The position numbers were made by a program, and so were the translations under genes. Under the pieces are notes generated by a model. It searched no databases. It was not told the origin of the DNA and saw nothing but the letters and a program-made list of their open reading frames with translations. Shown here piece after piece: positions 1-13,600 of a stretch of DNA of 64,000 nucleotides (its first letter is position 1; every line of letters begins with the position of its first letter). The DNA is from Patella caerulea (taxonomy: Eukaryota): positions 27,060,901 to 27,124,900 of the forward strand of contig JAZGQO010000002.1 in NCBI GenBank assembly GCA_036850965.1. The letters are read 5' to 3'.

Positions 1-1242
1 ATAGTCTTGTTGATGAGATCACACAATAAAAGATGAAACAATATTTTCATTTTTGTGTTTAATAAGAAAATCCAGAAATTAATTACATTGTATCCAGAAA
101 TGATATATATTAAGACAGTTAACAACCTACAAATCATATATATAAGCATTTCTTACATAAATTGTTTACCCTCTTATTTATTTTGACTAGATATTCTTAT
201 AAAAGAATAACACACAAAGGAAGCACAAATTTACATCTTTCTTATCCATACCTATCCCATGTAAGCATCAAAATCTATTCAAATGACCACTTTCTGGTAC
301 ATTAGGATAATGACCATGAACATATTCTTTTATATGTGACTGTCAAAACAATATGACAAGGCCTTTCAGACCATCTCATCACCAGCCAATGGAATTCTAT
401 ACCTACATTTAATAATAATTATTTCATTGCTCTGTGTTGCTTTACCAAATACTGACAGGACATGGTAAAAATATATAATTTTAAACACTTTATCATTATC
501 ACAGCACTTCATTCATATCACATTGTAATAAAATCAACTATATACATTTATCGTAAAAAAAACAAACATGGATTTTCTCATTCATTGGGTAATTGAAACA
601 ATTAAAGTAGCAGGTGTAATAATTTATAGGGACTTGCGATACCGCGATGTCTAATACGGTAATTCCAATGTGTTAATTTGTTTCTTAAAAAGCTAACGCA
701 AGCACCACATTAGCTCTAATCCTTGATCCTAACTCAATTTGCCTATTACCAGACATTTTTCTGGCTTCAAATGAAATATAAATTATCAATTCAACATTTA
801 TGCAGATGAAACCCATAATAAAATCTGTAGACTATCGAATAGCTAAAATATTGAGTGGATTAGACAGAATCAAGACTCCATTTATTATCATGGCTATGGC
901 ACTTGACAATTAAGAATATTTCTTGTCACTATTATTGTAAAAATAGCCAGCTTTTTCGCTAAATCTTGCATAATGTTTTTTTAAACATAAGACTACTTAC
1001 ATGATAAAGCACTTGGGTAGAAATTAAAAGCACATATTCATAAAATATTTATAAATTTTAAATAAAAATTCTTGAACATGACAATCTTTAGAACAACATA
1101 ACATTGACATACCAAAACCAGATCATATATCATCTGGTGGATCAACATAATACACACAATATTACCCTAATGTCATTTCTAATGGCATTTAAAGCACAAA
1201 TATCTTGGATCACAGCACTATTTAAATATTCCAGCAAACAAA

Positions 1243-1654
1243 TTATAAATCTTTTGTTTTGTATTCGTTCCACAATTCTAATAAACGACCATCACTGTTT
1301 GATACAAACTTCTTAAAATCGGCCAACACGTTATTTTGGAAATGTTCATCTCCAGTGTTTGACGATCTCCAGCGTTTTGACAACATGAAATTCCATGACC
1401 AAAGAAAACCTGTTTCTGTATGTGATTCTTCTGGTTCTTGTTGACGAGCAATGTAATCTTTACAAAGATCTGATGATGATCTTTTTCCAAAGCTTGAGGT
1501 ATAATGTGTTTGAACAGATTTAGGAGATAATAGTTTATAATCTGGTATAATGATGAACATACCACCAGTACAATGTACATATTGGTTAACTTCAGTATTA
1601 GTATCATCAGATATCACACCAGCTGAATATACACCAGCAGGAAGAAAACCAAAC
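1243..1654 (-). CDS. DEPDC5: DEPDC5 terminal coding exon ([42 protein letters not shown]...[52 protein letters not shown])
   Basis: Strong acceptor tttttttcttctttccatacag|G. The frame continues to a stop at about 1243. Similar to human '[36 protein letters not shown]' and '[34 protein letters not shown]'. The upstream 'MKLNL...' part of ORF 1243..1752 is intron read-through, not coding. Confidence 0.9.
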
Positions 1655-4600
1655 CTGTATGGAAAGAAGAAAAAAAAGTTCAGTCTCTTGCTAGTGGTCG
1701 ACAGGTTGGGAGTAAATTGAACAGGTGAAAGAGAGATGAGGTTTAACTTCACTTCTCACAAACCAGATCATTGTGGGACTATTATGGTATAAATTTTTAA
1801 ATTATTTGTTTCATCACTGGAATTACTGCCTGTCTTGTACCAACTTGGGATTGAACCAATGACTTTCATTGATCTACAATTCGTTACATCACATCCTACT
1901 TCACTACACCCAGTCAGTTAAATAAAGAGCAATAAAATTCTGATGAATGTTACAGGATGCAGAACCTAAAATGCCTGAAAACATTCATGTTATTAGATTT
2001 TGGGCACTTTATTTCGGCAACTGATGAATGCTAATTTTTATTTTCTCTTAACCCGTCTGCCCCAAAAAGTCAGATTGCCCAAAAGTTAGTACATAATCTG
2101 TCAAATATATAATATACCAATACTCACTTCTTAATGATAATTTGTTGAAAATGTAGTAACTGTTCTTGCCTGCAGTTTTCAGAAAGGTCTGAAAAGGAAA
2201 ATAATGAATTTTGGAAAAGGTAAGAATATAAACTATCTTTACTGCAAAACATTTATTGTGCAACACCATCCTTGATCCGATTCAGATTTAAATAAGGAAA
2301 TAAAGAGCCAACTCAAATATATTACATCCAGTAGATACAACTGGTTAACAAAGTGTGAAAGGCTCTTTGAAACTTAGTTGAATGTAACTATTTGAGGCTA
2401 TCGATCATACCAATAACCTTTTTGTCAGAGTTGTGCCTACTCATTGAAAACCAAAGTGGCCAGTGCTTGCTTTGCATCATTCTCATAGACGTATATAATG
2501 TGTGTATTTACTGTGAAGACTAACCTTGAATCTCATAATCGTCATTCAATATAGTATCCATCTTCAATGGAACAAATATTGGACCACGAAGAGGATCAGA
2601 ATTTGGAGAATTAGGTAAAGCAAAAGGATCAACTGGAACGGGTAGAAAGTGAAAACCACTAGATCCTGCCTTTCTTGTCCAACTATATACCTGTAAGAAT
2701 ATGGTACAGGTAACTAGATGAAAATCTTAAAATAAAGCTCCAGCCAACCATCAATATTGTTATTCAAAAGGCCGGTAATATTCCTGAAGCATTGGTATGA
2801 GAAATCCCCCTCTAGCCAGTTTTGAGTGCGAAAACTTGATTTTTGATAGTGTTTATTTTTATCACCCAATCAATAGAGTCTGATACAGCACCCACCCACG
2901 TTAGTAGTGACCTGTTGTTACTATGATAATAACTAAAAGTTTATGATTGGATGAATCGGGAGCAAACATTGATACTCAATTCGGTAAATTTGGTCTTCAC
3001 TGAAATTTTTGGACTAATTCTCCGACATAAGTTCTGTAAACATGTCTGTTTGTGCCAACATTAATTACTGAAAACCTTTGTGATGTATTAGTTAATAATT
3101 ATCCATATTTGGGAATAATGTAAAAAATAAACTGTTGGAAGTTGAATTTCTAGTCAGTCTCTTTGATCTGGGGTCTTCCCGAAAGCATTCAAACAGTTGA
3201 TTAAATGTATCAAAATATGGTGAAAATATTTGATGGCTGGTCCATCAAATGATAAAAGATTTCACACAATTAGCTTTTCTGCAATATTCTGTTATGCACT
3301 AGTTAATTGAGCACAATAAATTACGCTCATTGTGACAATATGGTCAATGGTCAATAAACTGTAACGTGGAAATCAAAAGTTTTATCGCCCCGGTTAAACA
3401 AGAATCGCCATACAGGAAAAAGTTACTGCCAAAAATTTCGCCAGATTGAATATTTTATCGCCAAAATTATATTTTTATTGCAATTGGCAGAAATGGTGAT
3501 GGACAGCGTGAGCGCTGAATGTGATCATATACTTTTATGTTAACATATTTACAATTTACAGCTCTATTTAATAACAGTTGTTTTTATACGTTATGTATTG
3601 GTTGTTGACCGGACTGTTGACCAGTCATAATTTGAGACAGAAATTTGCGGTGATCAAGCAGTGTTTGTGTCATCTTCAATAGAAAGCTTGATCTGGCCTT
3701 AACTACGTACATCTTATCAAGCCATTCATGCAATACCCTGCATATTTCGCCACTAAATTCGACTGGGTAACATCAGTTGTCGTGAATACCAAGTCTCGCT
3801 TTCTAGCTAAACTGTTTACATGTGACAATCAAGTTGCAAAGTTCAAAGATCGATCAATGTCAAGGTTGCTGGTTTTCCGTGAGTTTCTCAATTTAAAAAA
3901 AAAACTTTCAACGGCGGTAAACTTGTTTTTACAGTGCGTTATGTGATATGACCTACGATTGGACAATGCCAATCAGTCACGTGGAAACACAAAGGGCGCA
4001 AAAGTTTGAGAATTGTTGAGTATTGAAGCAACGGTTAGATGTTGTAAAACTCACGGACGTTGCTTAAGGAACATGTGTTTGAGTGGGATTAGGTCTAATC
4101 AACCAAAACACTGCAAGGAGTATGAAGGCCAGTGGGAGAATCAAGTCATCAATGGTGAAGTGAGTTTTTTTTTGTTGAAAAATTAAAATACCATCATATT
4201 TCATTAATAAAAAGCTAAATGACTCCCTCTATGTATCATTTTTCATTCATTAGAGTAAGAGTTATGTGGTTTGATTAACATCTACTTAGTACATACATTA
4301 GGTTATTTCAGGACTAACACATCGTACAAATATTACTTCAATATATTCCCCGTGACATGGGGTCTTCATCAGTGGTAGGAAACTGTGTCCATAGAAAAAC
4401 GAGGTTGAGATGGTGCTCTACTCCTTGTAAGGTAGAGACTTGGGATCGAAATCTTACCATTTAACTGAATGGTAGATCTTATTCTTTAAATGGCACGTGT
4501 TAGACCACTTGACACCCCTGTTCATTAGAATAACCAATTTTGAGTCGAAATGGTGGAATAATGTATTATTTATCTGCAGTAGGGATATTTATTTTAAAAT

Positions 4601-7600
4601 TATAAGCTAGAATCTTACCAGGTCGGCAAGAAGACAACCAGTAGCTACCATCCATTGAACTTGTAATTCAAACGCTGTATTTGGGCGATAGTAGGCATGG
4701 TAACGTGCTGTAGCCCATTCTAATCTTTCACTCTTTTTATTAATATCTACATCCACATTGACAAACTTGTTGTGTTTGGTTGCTGAAACAAAATCAAATC
4801 ATTGGTCAATGTGAACAACAAGTCTCATGAATTAAAGTATAAAACCTCCTTCTCTGAGCTAAGCAAGAGGCAATTCATTTTTTATATCACTGTTTGCATT
4901 CAGTCATTGAGATTCATGTGCATTGCTTGGTGGCAAATTCTTGAAGCTAACCATTCATACTCATCCTTAATTTGTTTTGTTGATCTATTATTTCTGTGTA
5001 TTATTCGTTTACATTGTCTATAAAGAGTTAAACTCTTTTTTTGCAATAATCACCTTTCAAGAACACAGATGCATTATGCAAGGGGTAAATTGGCCGGTTG
5101 CAAGTATTTTTTCTTGCTTCAAATGTTAAATAAATTATTATGTACAGCCCATAATGAACTCTCTAAAACATCTAATATCAATTGGATTAGACCATCCACG
5201 GCATATAATATTTCATTAATGTTAAAATGGACATCACTCGATAGAAGGACTGACTAAAGAATTTGTTTATTATCATGGCAATGGTACTCGACAATCAGCT
5301 ATTTCTTGTCAAGACTTCAACCAATCATAACCTTGTTCAGAATAATTAATTTGACTGAAATTTTCAATATAAACATTTTTTATTATGGAACTATTACAGC
5401 AAATATGGCCAGCTCTTACATAATGCACCTTCAAGTTAAGAGTAGTCAAAATTTCAATGGCTACATTGATATGTATTGCATGGGCCTTGGAAGTATATGA
5501 TGTTAAAATGCATTAAGTAACACTGACAAATGAGAAAGTTAATCAATCATGGAAACATGATGGTGGCTAATTCTAGATTATGACACTACACAGCCTTGAA
5601 ACAGTCAGTTAGCCTACATTAATCGCTGAATAATTGGAAGACCAATTAGCATACATTAATGGTAAACCAATTAGCCTATGTCAATGGCAGACCAATTAGC
5701 CTCCATTATTTGTAAATTTAAGAATGCTAAACCACAATATCAACTACCAGTAATTCATCATATTAAGTTTCAATCTATTATCATTTTCAAATTTCACTGA
5801 AATTTAATTCTATTCAATGTGTAATACTGCACTATAAAAATCTGACAATTTCAAACGGGTAAAATACAAAGAAAAAGAATGACATTAATACAGTACATTA
5901 AAAGCTGAAAGATTGAACTGTGCTGAAAACTAAAATAATAACAAAGTGAGATAGTAAATTAATGTGAAGGAAATAAAAAATTCATGTTAATTAATAAGCT
6001 CCAGCACCAATAAACCATAAACTGGTGATAAAACTGACTAATAAGAAGCTCTCTATTGTTGGATATTACAATATAACATACAGACTGTTATACAAGAGAA
6101 GTATTAACAAGTAAAAATCATTCTCTATGTGTTCAATTATTTGGTTTTAAGCTATATATACAAGCTATAGGTTGTTGTTTATTCCTCATTGTCGGGGACA
6201 GATTCACAAAACCTGAATAAAGGGGAATGGAGGAGGGGGTAGTTTGGGACAGGATATCCCCACATAATATTGATTTCAACTGTGACCATTCCCAAATCCT
6301 CCCCTGAACATTATTATACATTTAACCCTTTGAACACTGACTTTACATGGGGTGTTGCACGTCCCACCCTGGATTTACAGGACGTCATATTAATTATGAC
6401 GTCAAAATAATTGGTGTTTGTACACGCCCAAAGCCGCAAAACTGACATTTCGGGTATATGCGATACAACGTCAAGCCGGTTTTGCGGCATTTCGGGTTCT
6501 AAGGGTTAATATCTGCAGGTGTTTACTTATATTTTCAAGTTTCCAGAATACAAAAACAATGGGTAAATATAGATCCATGACAATGTTCAAGACATCAAAA
6601 CAGGACAAAAAATTGATGATAAAACCAAGGGCTCACTGTAACGTAACACATGTACATAAAGCATTAAATTCCTATATTGAGTTTGGTTAGATCGTCAGAT
6701 GTATATATGTGATATTTTTCAATGTTAAACTTGTTTTGATCCAATACATCTGTGTAGGAATAAAACATGGACTGTAAAATTATTTGATGATTATAATGAT
6801 GTCATTTATAGTAAAAACATTATAAGGTCCACGGTAAATAAACATGACTTGAAGTAAAGGATTACAACACAAGTATTGAAGTTACTCTTGACAAATACAG
6901 CCATTGCTTCAAAAGAAAATTTACATAAATAATTACTGGTCCACCATCTAGACTATAATATTATAAGTTTATCTAAGAATTAATCCAACTAAATAAAGAA
7001 TCTATAAGTGAGTGAAGATTATTATTTTGGTGTTGTTTTGCAAGATGAAGACATAACAACATTTGACAAACTATATAATATAAACACCTTGGCCGTACAA
7101 TATTATTATACTTACCTTTAACTTCACATAGATTGACTTTTCCTGTAAAAAATGCACATGGTAACACACAAAAACATGAAGATGAATGAATAATGAAATG
7201 AAATTGTAAACACATAATGGATCATTTCTTTCTATATTCTTTCCTTAAATATTATTTTGAGACTAACAGATGATCATTTACGATTAGGTATGGAATATAT
7301 TTGCACCCACTTTAAATAACAAGGAATGTTTTATATGAACTACCATTTTTCTTCTCATTTGAATGAGAAGATTGACTTTCCTGTAGAAATCAGATTCGAA
7401 AAATTGCAACATTGTATTCTCATATGACAAAAGATTTGAACTTGGGGAGATATCTTAGTTATGACTCCAGAGTTGGAACCACATGATTATGTATTATTAC
7501 GTCTGATGACAAAAGGTAATCCAGATTTCTATTATAACCCATACTTTTCAGTGTATGTATGTAGTATATATGCTGTTTAAATGTATAATATGTAAATTGT

Positions 7601-10600
7601 ATGTAGTTAAACAAAGCAATCAATAAAAAAATAACATTAACAATAAATAAAATCTTAAAACCCATAAAATCATTTAAACCATAAAATCATCCTGATTTTA
7701 TCAAAACTGGATACTACCTAGGGATATATTCAATAACGGTCACCACGGCCACCAAATAAAGAGTATACAACAATAATTTATATAGGTTAGAGATCTACAG
7801 AATATTATACTAGGCCTACACAATGATAACATAACAAACCTTCTGTCAATTTACAAATATATGTATACGGCAGATTGTAACCTAAGTAAAGGTGGAAAAA
7901 TTACAAGCTTTAGTTTGTTTTTTTTTATTAAAGGTATTAATCAAACGACCACAATAAATTTAAACTATAAAAACTATAAAGTCAGCAACTAAATTTAACA
8001 TAGAACACAAAATTTTAATCTCAGCAAATTTTTAAAAACAAATGCATAAACCTCTGGTTTGTAATATGTGACCACAAAGTATTCAGGAAACATCAAAATA
8101 ACATGTTGTTGAATTTTCTAATATTGTCAATTTTTACACCAAAATTGTTTTTAATAAAGGTACTTTTAATCATCTAGTGTCTTAAACTCTGTCTGTGTTT
8201 AACCTTTATTTTGGCATATTGAGGCTTTAACAGGGAAAACAGGAGGAAAAAACTATTTGAAAACTACTGTTAATAAGATTACTTGATAATTTAATTATAT
8301 ATTTAATCTCTTGATATAAATGTATCCAATATGCAATTAGTAACAACCAAACTATTATTCAACAATTCCAAGATACTTTTTAACAAAATATATCAAGTCA
8401 TGTTCTTACCTAACTGTTGACCTTTATCACGACAATTCAATCCAGATAAAACCCGCCAATCATCAGATTCCTCATCAAATGGTTTAAGTTCCTCATCTCT
8501 CAGATAGAATTTTTTCATTTCTTGAATTTCTTCCTCCTCTTGACAGTGTTTTATAGAAACTTCACAGAATTCATTTTGGAAGAACATATTGTATGGTTGT
8601 CCTGTTCCCAGATTTAAATCTGAAAGAGAAATATGAAATGAAGGGCACATTTAATAATCAGCAAATAACATGATCAAAAATAGTGAAATACAGCTTCTAA
8701 CCAACACCAAATTGTTTTGGTTTACAATAATGTATTCATAGAAAAATATATCCTTGAATAAGACACTTATACACGTACAGTATTGCCATCTACCAAGCTG
8801 TGCATATGTACCAACAGGACTATGTATAATATTACACAAAACAACTGCTCTTTCAGGCTTTCTAAGATATAACAAGCCAACATTGAGGCTGATGTCCCCC
8901 GCCGAAATCCAAAAATAAATAGATGACACATTAATTAATCGCACATTTATTTTTTTCAAACGTATCAAGCAATCAAACTGTACACGAAGTGTCATCCAAA
9001 AGTGTTTTATAAAGAAAAATGCTAAAACCGACTAGAAAAATGAAAATGTACCCTAGTTAGGTGGACCCTAAAGGCAGACAAAAGGGCCCCCACGCTTGAC
9101 AAAAGGGCCCCTCTGGCCAAGGGAAAGGGCCCTTGTGTCCGAGTCAATCTTTTCTATACACTGTTACGGTCGAATCCATTACTGAATGAGAATGCAGTCA
9201 TTGTATTGGCATAAAAATCATCAATCAAGATGAACCTAAGTTATCTTGTCCCAAAGTATCAACCAATCAAATTGCTTATCTCTGCCTACCCTAAGAAGAA
9301 AATGCTCATCTTCGAACTCCATGAAGGCATTGACCTTATAAGCATACACACCGATTTTGAACATTTTAACTCAATTCGAAGGAGAGTTATTGTGTTCCAA
9401 AGTCTCGGCAAATCAAATTGCTTATCGCTCTGCTTACCCTGAGCAGAAAATGCTCATTATCGATCTTAGTCAAGGTATTACTGTAATGAAACTATACACC
9501 AAGTTTCATCACTCTCACTTAATTAGAACTAAAGTTATCGTGTCCCAAAGCATCAACCAATCAAATTGCTTATCTCTGCTTACCCTAAGCGGAAAATGCT
9601 CATCTTTGAACTCCATCATGGCATTGATCGAATAAGCATATACACCAAGTTTGAACATTTTAACTCAATTAGAAGGAGAGTTATATTGTGTTCCAAAGTC
9701 TCGACCAATCAAATTACGTATCGCTCTGCTTACCCTGAGCAGAAAATGCTCATTATCGAACTTAGTCAAGGTATTACTGTAATGAAACTATACACCAAGT
9801 TTCATCAATCTCACTTAATTAGAACTAAAGTTATCGTGTCCCAAAGCATCAAACAATCAAATTGCTTATCTCTGCTTACCCTAAGCGGAAAATGCTCATC
9901 TTCGAACTCCATCAAGGCATTGACCTAATAAACACATACAACAAGTTTGAACATTTTAACTCAATTAGGAAGAGAGTTATTGTGTCCCAAAAAGTGTGAC
10001 GGACAGACAGACAGACAGAAGGACAGACAGACAGACGGACGAACCCATTTTAATAGTCCCCCAACTTTCTTTGAAAGGCGGGGTCAAAAAGAGGAGAAGT
10101 ACATTATAAATAAAACATAAGTTTTACAACTGATTGTAATGCATATTCCGAGATATAATCTTACCTTGTGTTTTTTGTTTAGATGAAGGTGTAACAACCA
10201 TGTAAATATAAAATCCATAAATAAATCTATGTTTAGGATTCCCTGATGCATGAATTATTAATTGATCATCTAATAATTTCTGTAAAAATAAATAATGTTA
10301 TTAAAATATTACTTATAAACTGTCACAGAAAAATGCACTTCACAGAAAAACATCATTGTGTATTCTTAAAAATAAAGATGTTCTTAGTTGATATTTTGGA
10401 GTTCTATTTGCATACTTAAGACCCATTATCAGCAAAAATGACATCATGAAAATTTCTGCTGGGTCATTGATGATGAAAGTAGTTTCAAAACCTTCATTAA
10501 GACCTTTTAATTACATAAAATACATGTATAAGTTCAGACTAATTAAAACGAGGATTATTTGCTGTATCAATCATAATTAGCTATCTTTAGGAAGTCTGCA

Positions 10601-13600
10601 GATATTTACTACATGTACAGCGCTCGAAATTAACCACGGCCAACGGCAAAGCCGTGGTTAAAGCCGACGCAACTCCCATCTGCCACGGCATAATTCATTT
10701 TTTTTTGCCGTGGTAGATCTTACGATCCTTAAAATTATAGTGACACAATGTACCGGTTATAGAATAGTACCAGGAGGATGTCGATTGACCGTGTCATAAC
10801 GTCATGTAAATGTATTATTTTGTATACGAAAGTCTGACAAATATATTGCAATTACAGAATACCGGTACACTTTTAACTAGCATTGCCAAAGGGTTTTTAA
10901 ATACACAAAATGTCTCTAAAATAACTATTTCACTGTCAGTGTCAACTATTTAGATTCAATAATCTGAAAGAATTTTGAAAAAATATTGAAAATTAAAAAA
11001 GTTATGGCATTTTAAAGACGGCGAATTGGAGGCATTAAAATACGGCTTTTTTTAAAAATGCAAAAAACCTGACCAAAGCTAATATCTCAGAAACTATAAC
11101 AGGTACATTCATGTAACTTGCAGAATTTGAAGTTCGAGATGTACTTGATCAGAGAAAATTATCGCGAGACTCCTCGATTATATTGTTTATATACTATAGA
11201 CCGTCGAACTTACGACCGAGACAATTTACGTTCAAGGTCACAGCAAAAAAACGACCTGACAGTTAATAACAAACCATGTAGAATTCTCAGGGCTTTGAAA
11301 TCTTTACCCAACCCATTTCTTGATGTGATGGATACACAAATAATGTTTTCACATTGTTATCGTATTTATTTATTAGACACCAGCTCCTCGAATTGCATTT
11401 CTTGTCAATACCATGTCAAGGTCATACAGAAAGTGTAAGGTCACTGGTCAACTGCAGGTCCGGAGGCTATGGAATTTTCACAGGGTCTTTTCCTGGATAC
11501 ATATACATGCAAAAACACATAGAGTCATAGACTGTGTTCATCTTTTAGCTGACAAAACTAGTTGTTTCGAGAGTGGAAAATCACTACAAGTATTATTATG
11601 ACCAATAAAATTTTTATGAAAAAATATTTTTATTTCAATTAACAACCAAAAATAAATGAAATATCAGAATTTTTCTGGGTCAAAACTTCTGACCAATATC
11701 TAACAATAACAGAAAACAAAACTGTACATCATGATCAACATCAATCATATGAAAAGTAGTTACTACAAAACAAAACTAAAAAATTAAAACTTAAAAAAAA
11801 ATTAACAATATGTGATATAATCATAAGGATTACAAATGACAAAATATTTTTATTTATTTTTTTTTTGGCATTCATGACTGGACAGCATCAAAGTCATCTG
11901 CAAATACAAAACATATAGGTGCATAAGCCAAAGTAATCGAATGTTATGATATTATTAACCAAACAAAGAATCACCCTTCCTCTAAACATAACAAATATCT
12001 CTGGTTTATAAAATTTAAAAAAAAAACATATACAACAATGCTTAATGAGTAAAAACAAATGCATACAATGAGTAAAAACATTGCATACAATGATAAAAAT
12101 ATCAATGCACAAGGCACATTTTCGTTTTGCCTGATGTCAAGTCAGTCTTATGTAGGGATATATTTTTCTCAAAATTCAATGTTTTTACAAGTAACCTTAT
12201 TAAAATAAAATAGAAATTGATACTGACATTTTGCAAAAATCATCTAAATACTTCACACTAAAATAAGTCTGATTTGCAAAGGTTAGATACAAATAATTAT
12301 TCACTGTGGTCTGACCCCCTACACGCATCTACCAAGAGTTGTCTTTCCCCGATTTCTCCCCGGTTCCACTTTCTGTCTTATTGCCAATTCCTACGGGGGA
12401 TTTCGGCAAAACAAAAGCTCAAACTATACAAAATATATATCAGGCTATCCAAAAATGCCGATATCTCGAGCGGAATGCTCTTTTTTTTCAAAGTTTCTAT
12501 TACATTTAAAAATTAAAAACATGAAAAATAAACGAAAATTCGTTCAAAATATTACCTGATATGGCAGTCCGCGAACTTCATCTCACTAGCTCCCGGAAAA
12601 GTGCCACTACACCACGTTTTGACTTCCTGAATATTAGTGAGACCCCGTAATAGAAACGGTACCAGTGTCACAAAGTCATCTTGTATAAATATTGATCAAA
12701 TGCGAATAAATTTGTTAACGTAACTGATATTTTTCAATTTGCATAACCAGGAGATCGTTCGCATGTTTTTGAGCTCGCACGACCACACGTAACCGATTCG
12801 CGTCAAATTTTGTGACGTGAATAAATAAATTTTATCCATCTTGAAATGAATAGTTAAGAAAGGCATTGATCTTGAAATGAAAAAAAAAGGCTGTGGTGCC
12901 GTAGCAATACCATTCTGCCACGGCATTTTTCATTTTTTTGTGCCGTGGTAGAAAATTCTTAATTTCGAGGACTGCATGTATGCCTCTTGAACAAAACCCT
13001 GCTTTATTAAGTGCAAAACACTGATTTTCAGCCTCATGTGTGGACATTTGACATGATTTTACAGCTTATAAAAAAAAATTATATGTCCAATTTTTTTATA
13101 TTGAGTAGAAAACATGTTGGGATAACTTTTGAACACACGTTAATCTCAAGGTCACGAGTTCCACAAGGTCAAGATCAAGGCCAAAGTCTATGTCAATGGG
13201 CCTTCAAAATTCACCCATTGTCAAAAATAAAGATATTTGGAATCCTTGTGGAATTCCCATTCCAGAAATACTCATTATAGCAATTTTGACTTACTGGTTG
13301 CTGAGTAACGGTCAAATAAATAATGGTGGCTACGCTCATTTTGGCCAAAAGCCCCAAAATTGAGACAGTCATATCTCTGCAACCGTTGGTCGGATCAAGC
13401 TAAAATTTGAAATATCAGTTTTTCCTGCCCAAATAAACATATTATACATCAAATTTCAGCTGAATCAATGGGGGTACGCTTTAACTCATTGAGTGATTTG
13501 ACACGGAATGTCCCCCGTTGAAATTTAGAACATCAATCGAAAAAATGGGGTTTAACAGTTATCACTCATCACAGACTTTTCGTGACTAAAATATGGTAAA

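Noticed and set aside
1655-1752. N-terminal part of listed ORF 1243..1752 ('[33 protein letters not shown]')
   Set aside because: This is read-through into the upstream intron. A strong acceptor (tttttttcttctttccatacag|G) lies at 1654, and homology to the DEPDC5 C-terminus begins only after it.
9230-9990. Regularly spaced direct repeats that could be mistaken for a CRISPR array
   Set aside because: The repeats are contiguous 147/294-bp tandem units with no unique spacers, lie in a eukaryotic intron inside a mobile element, and have no cas genes nearby. This is a satellite array, not a CRISPR array.
12274-13280. Listed ORFs 12274..12516, 12696..13047 and 13011..13280
   Set aside because: They lie at the right boundary of the hairpin-bounded segment and have no protein-like composition or motifs. 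They were treated as noncoding.
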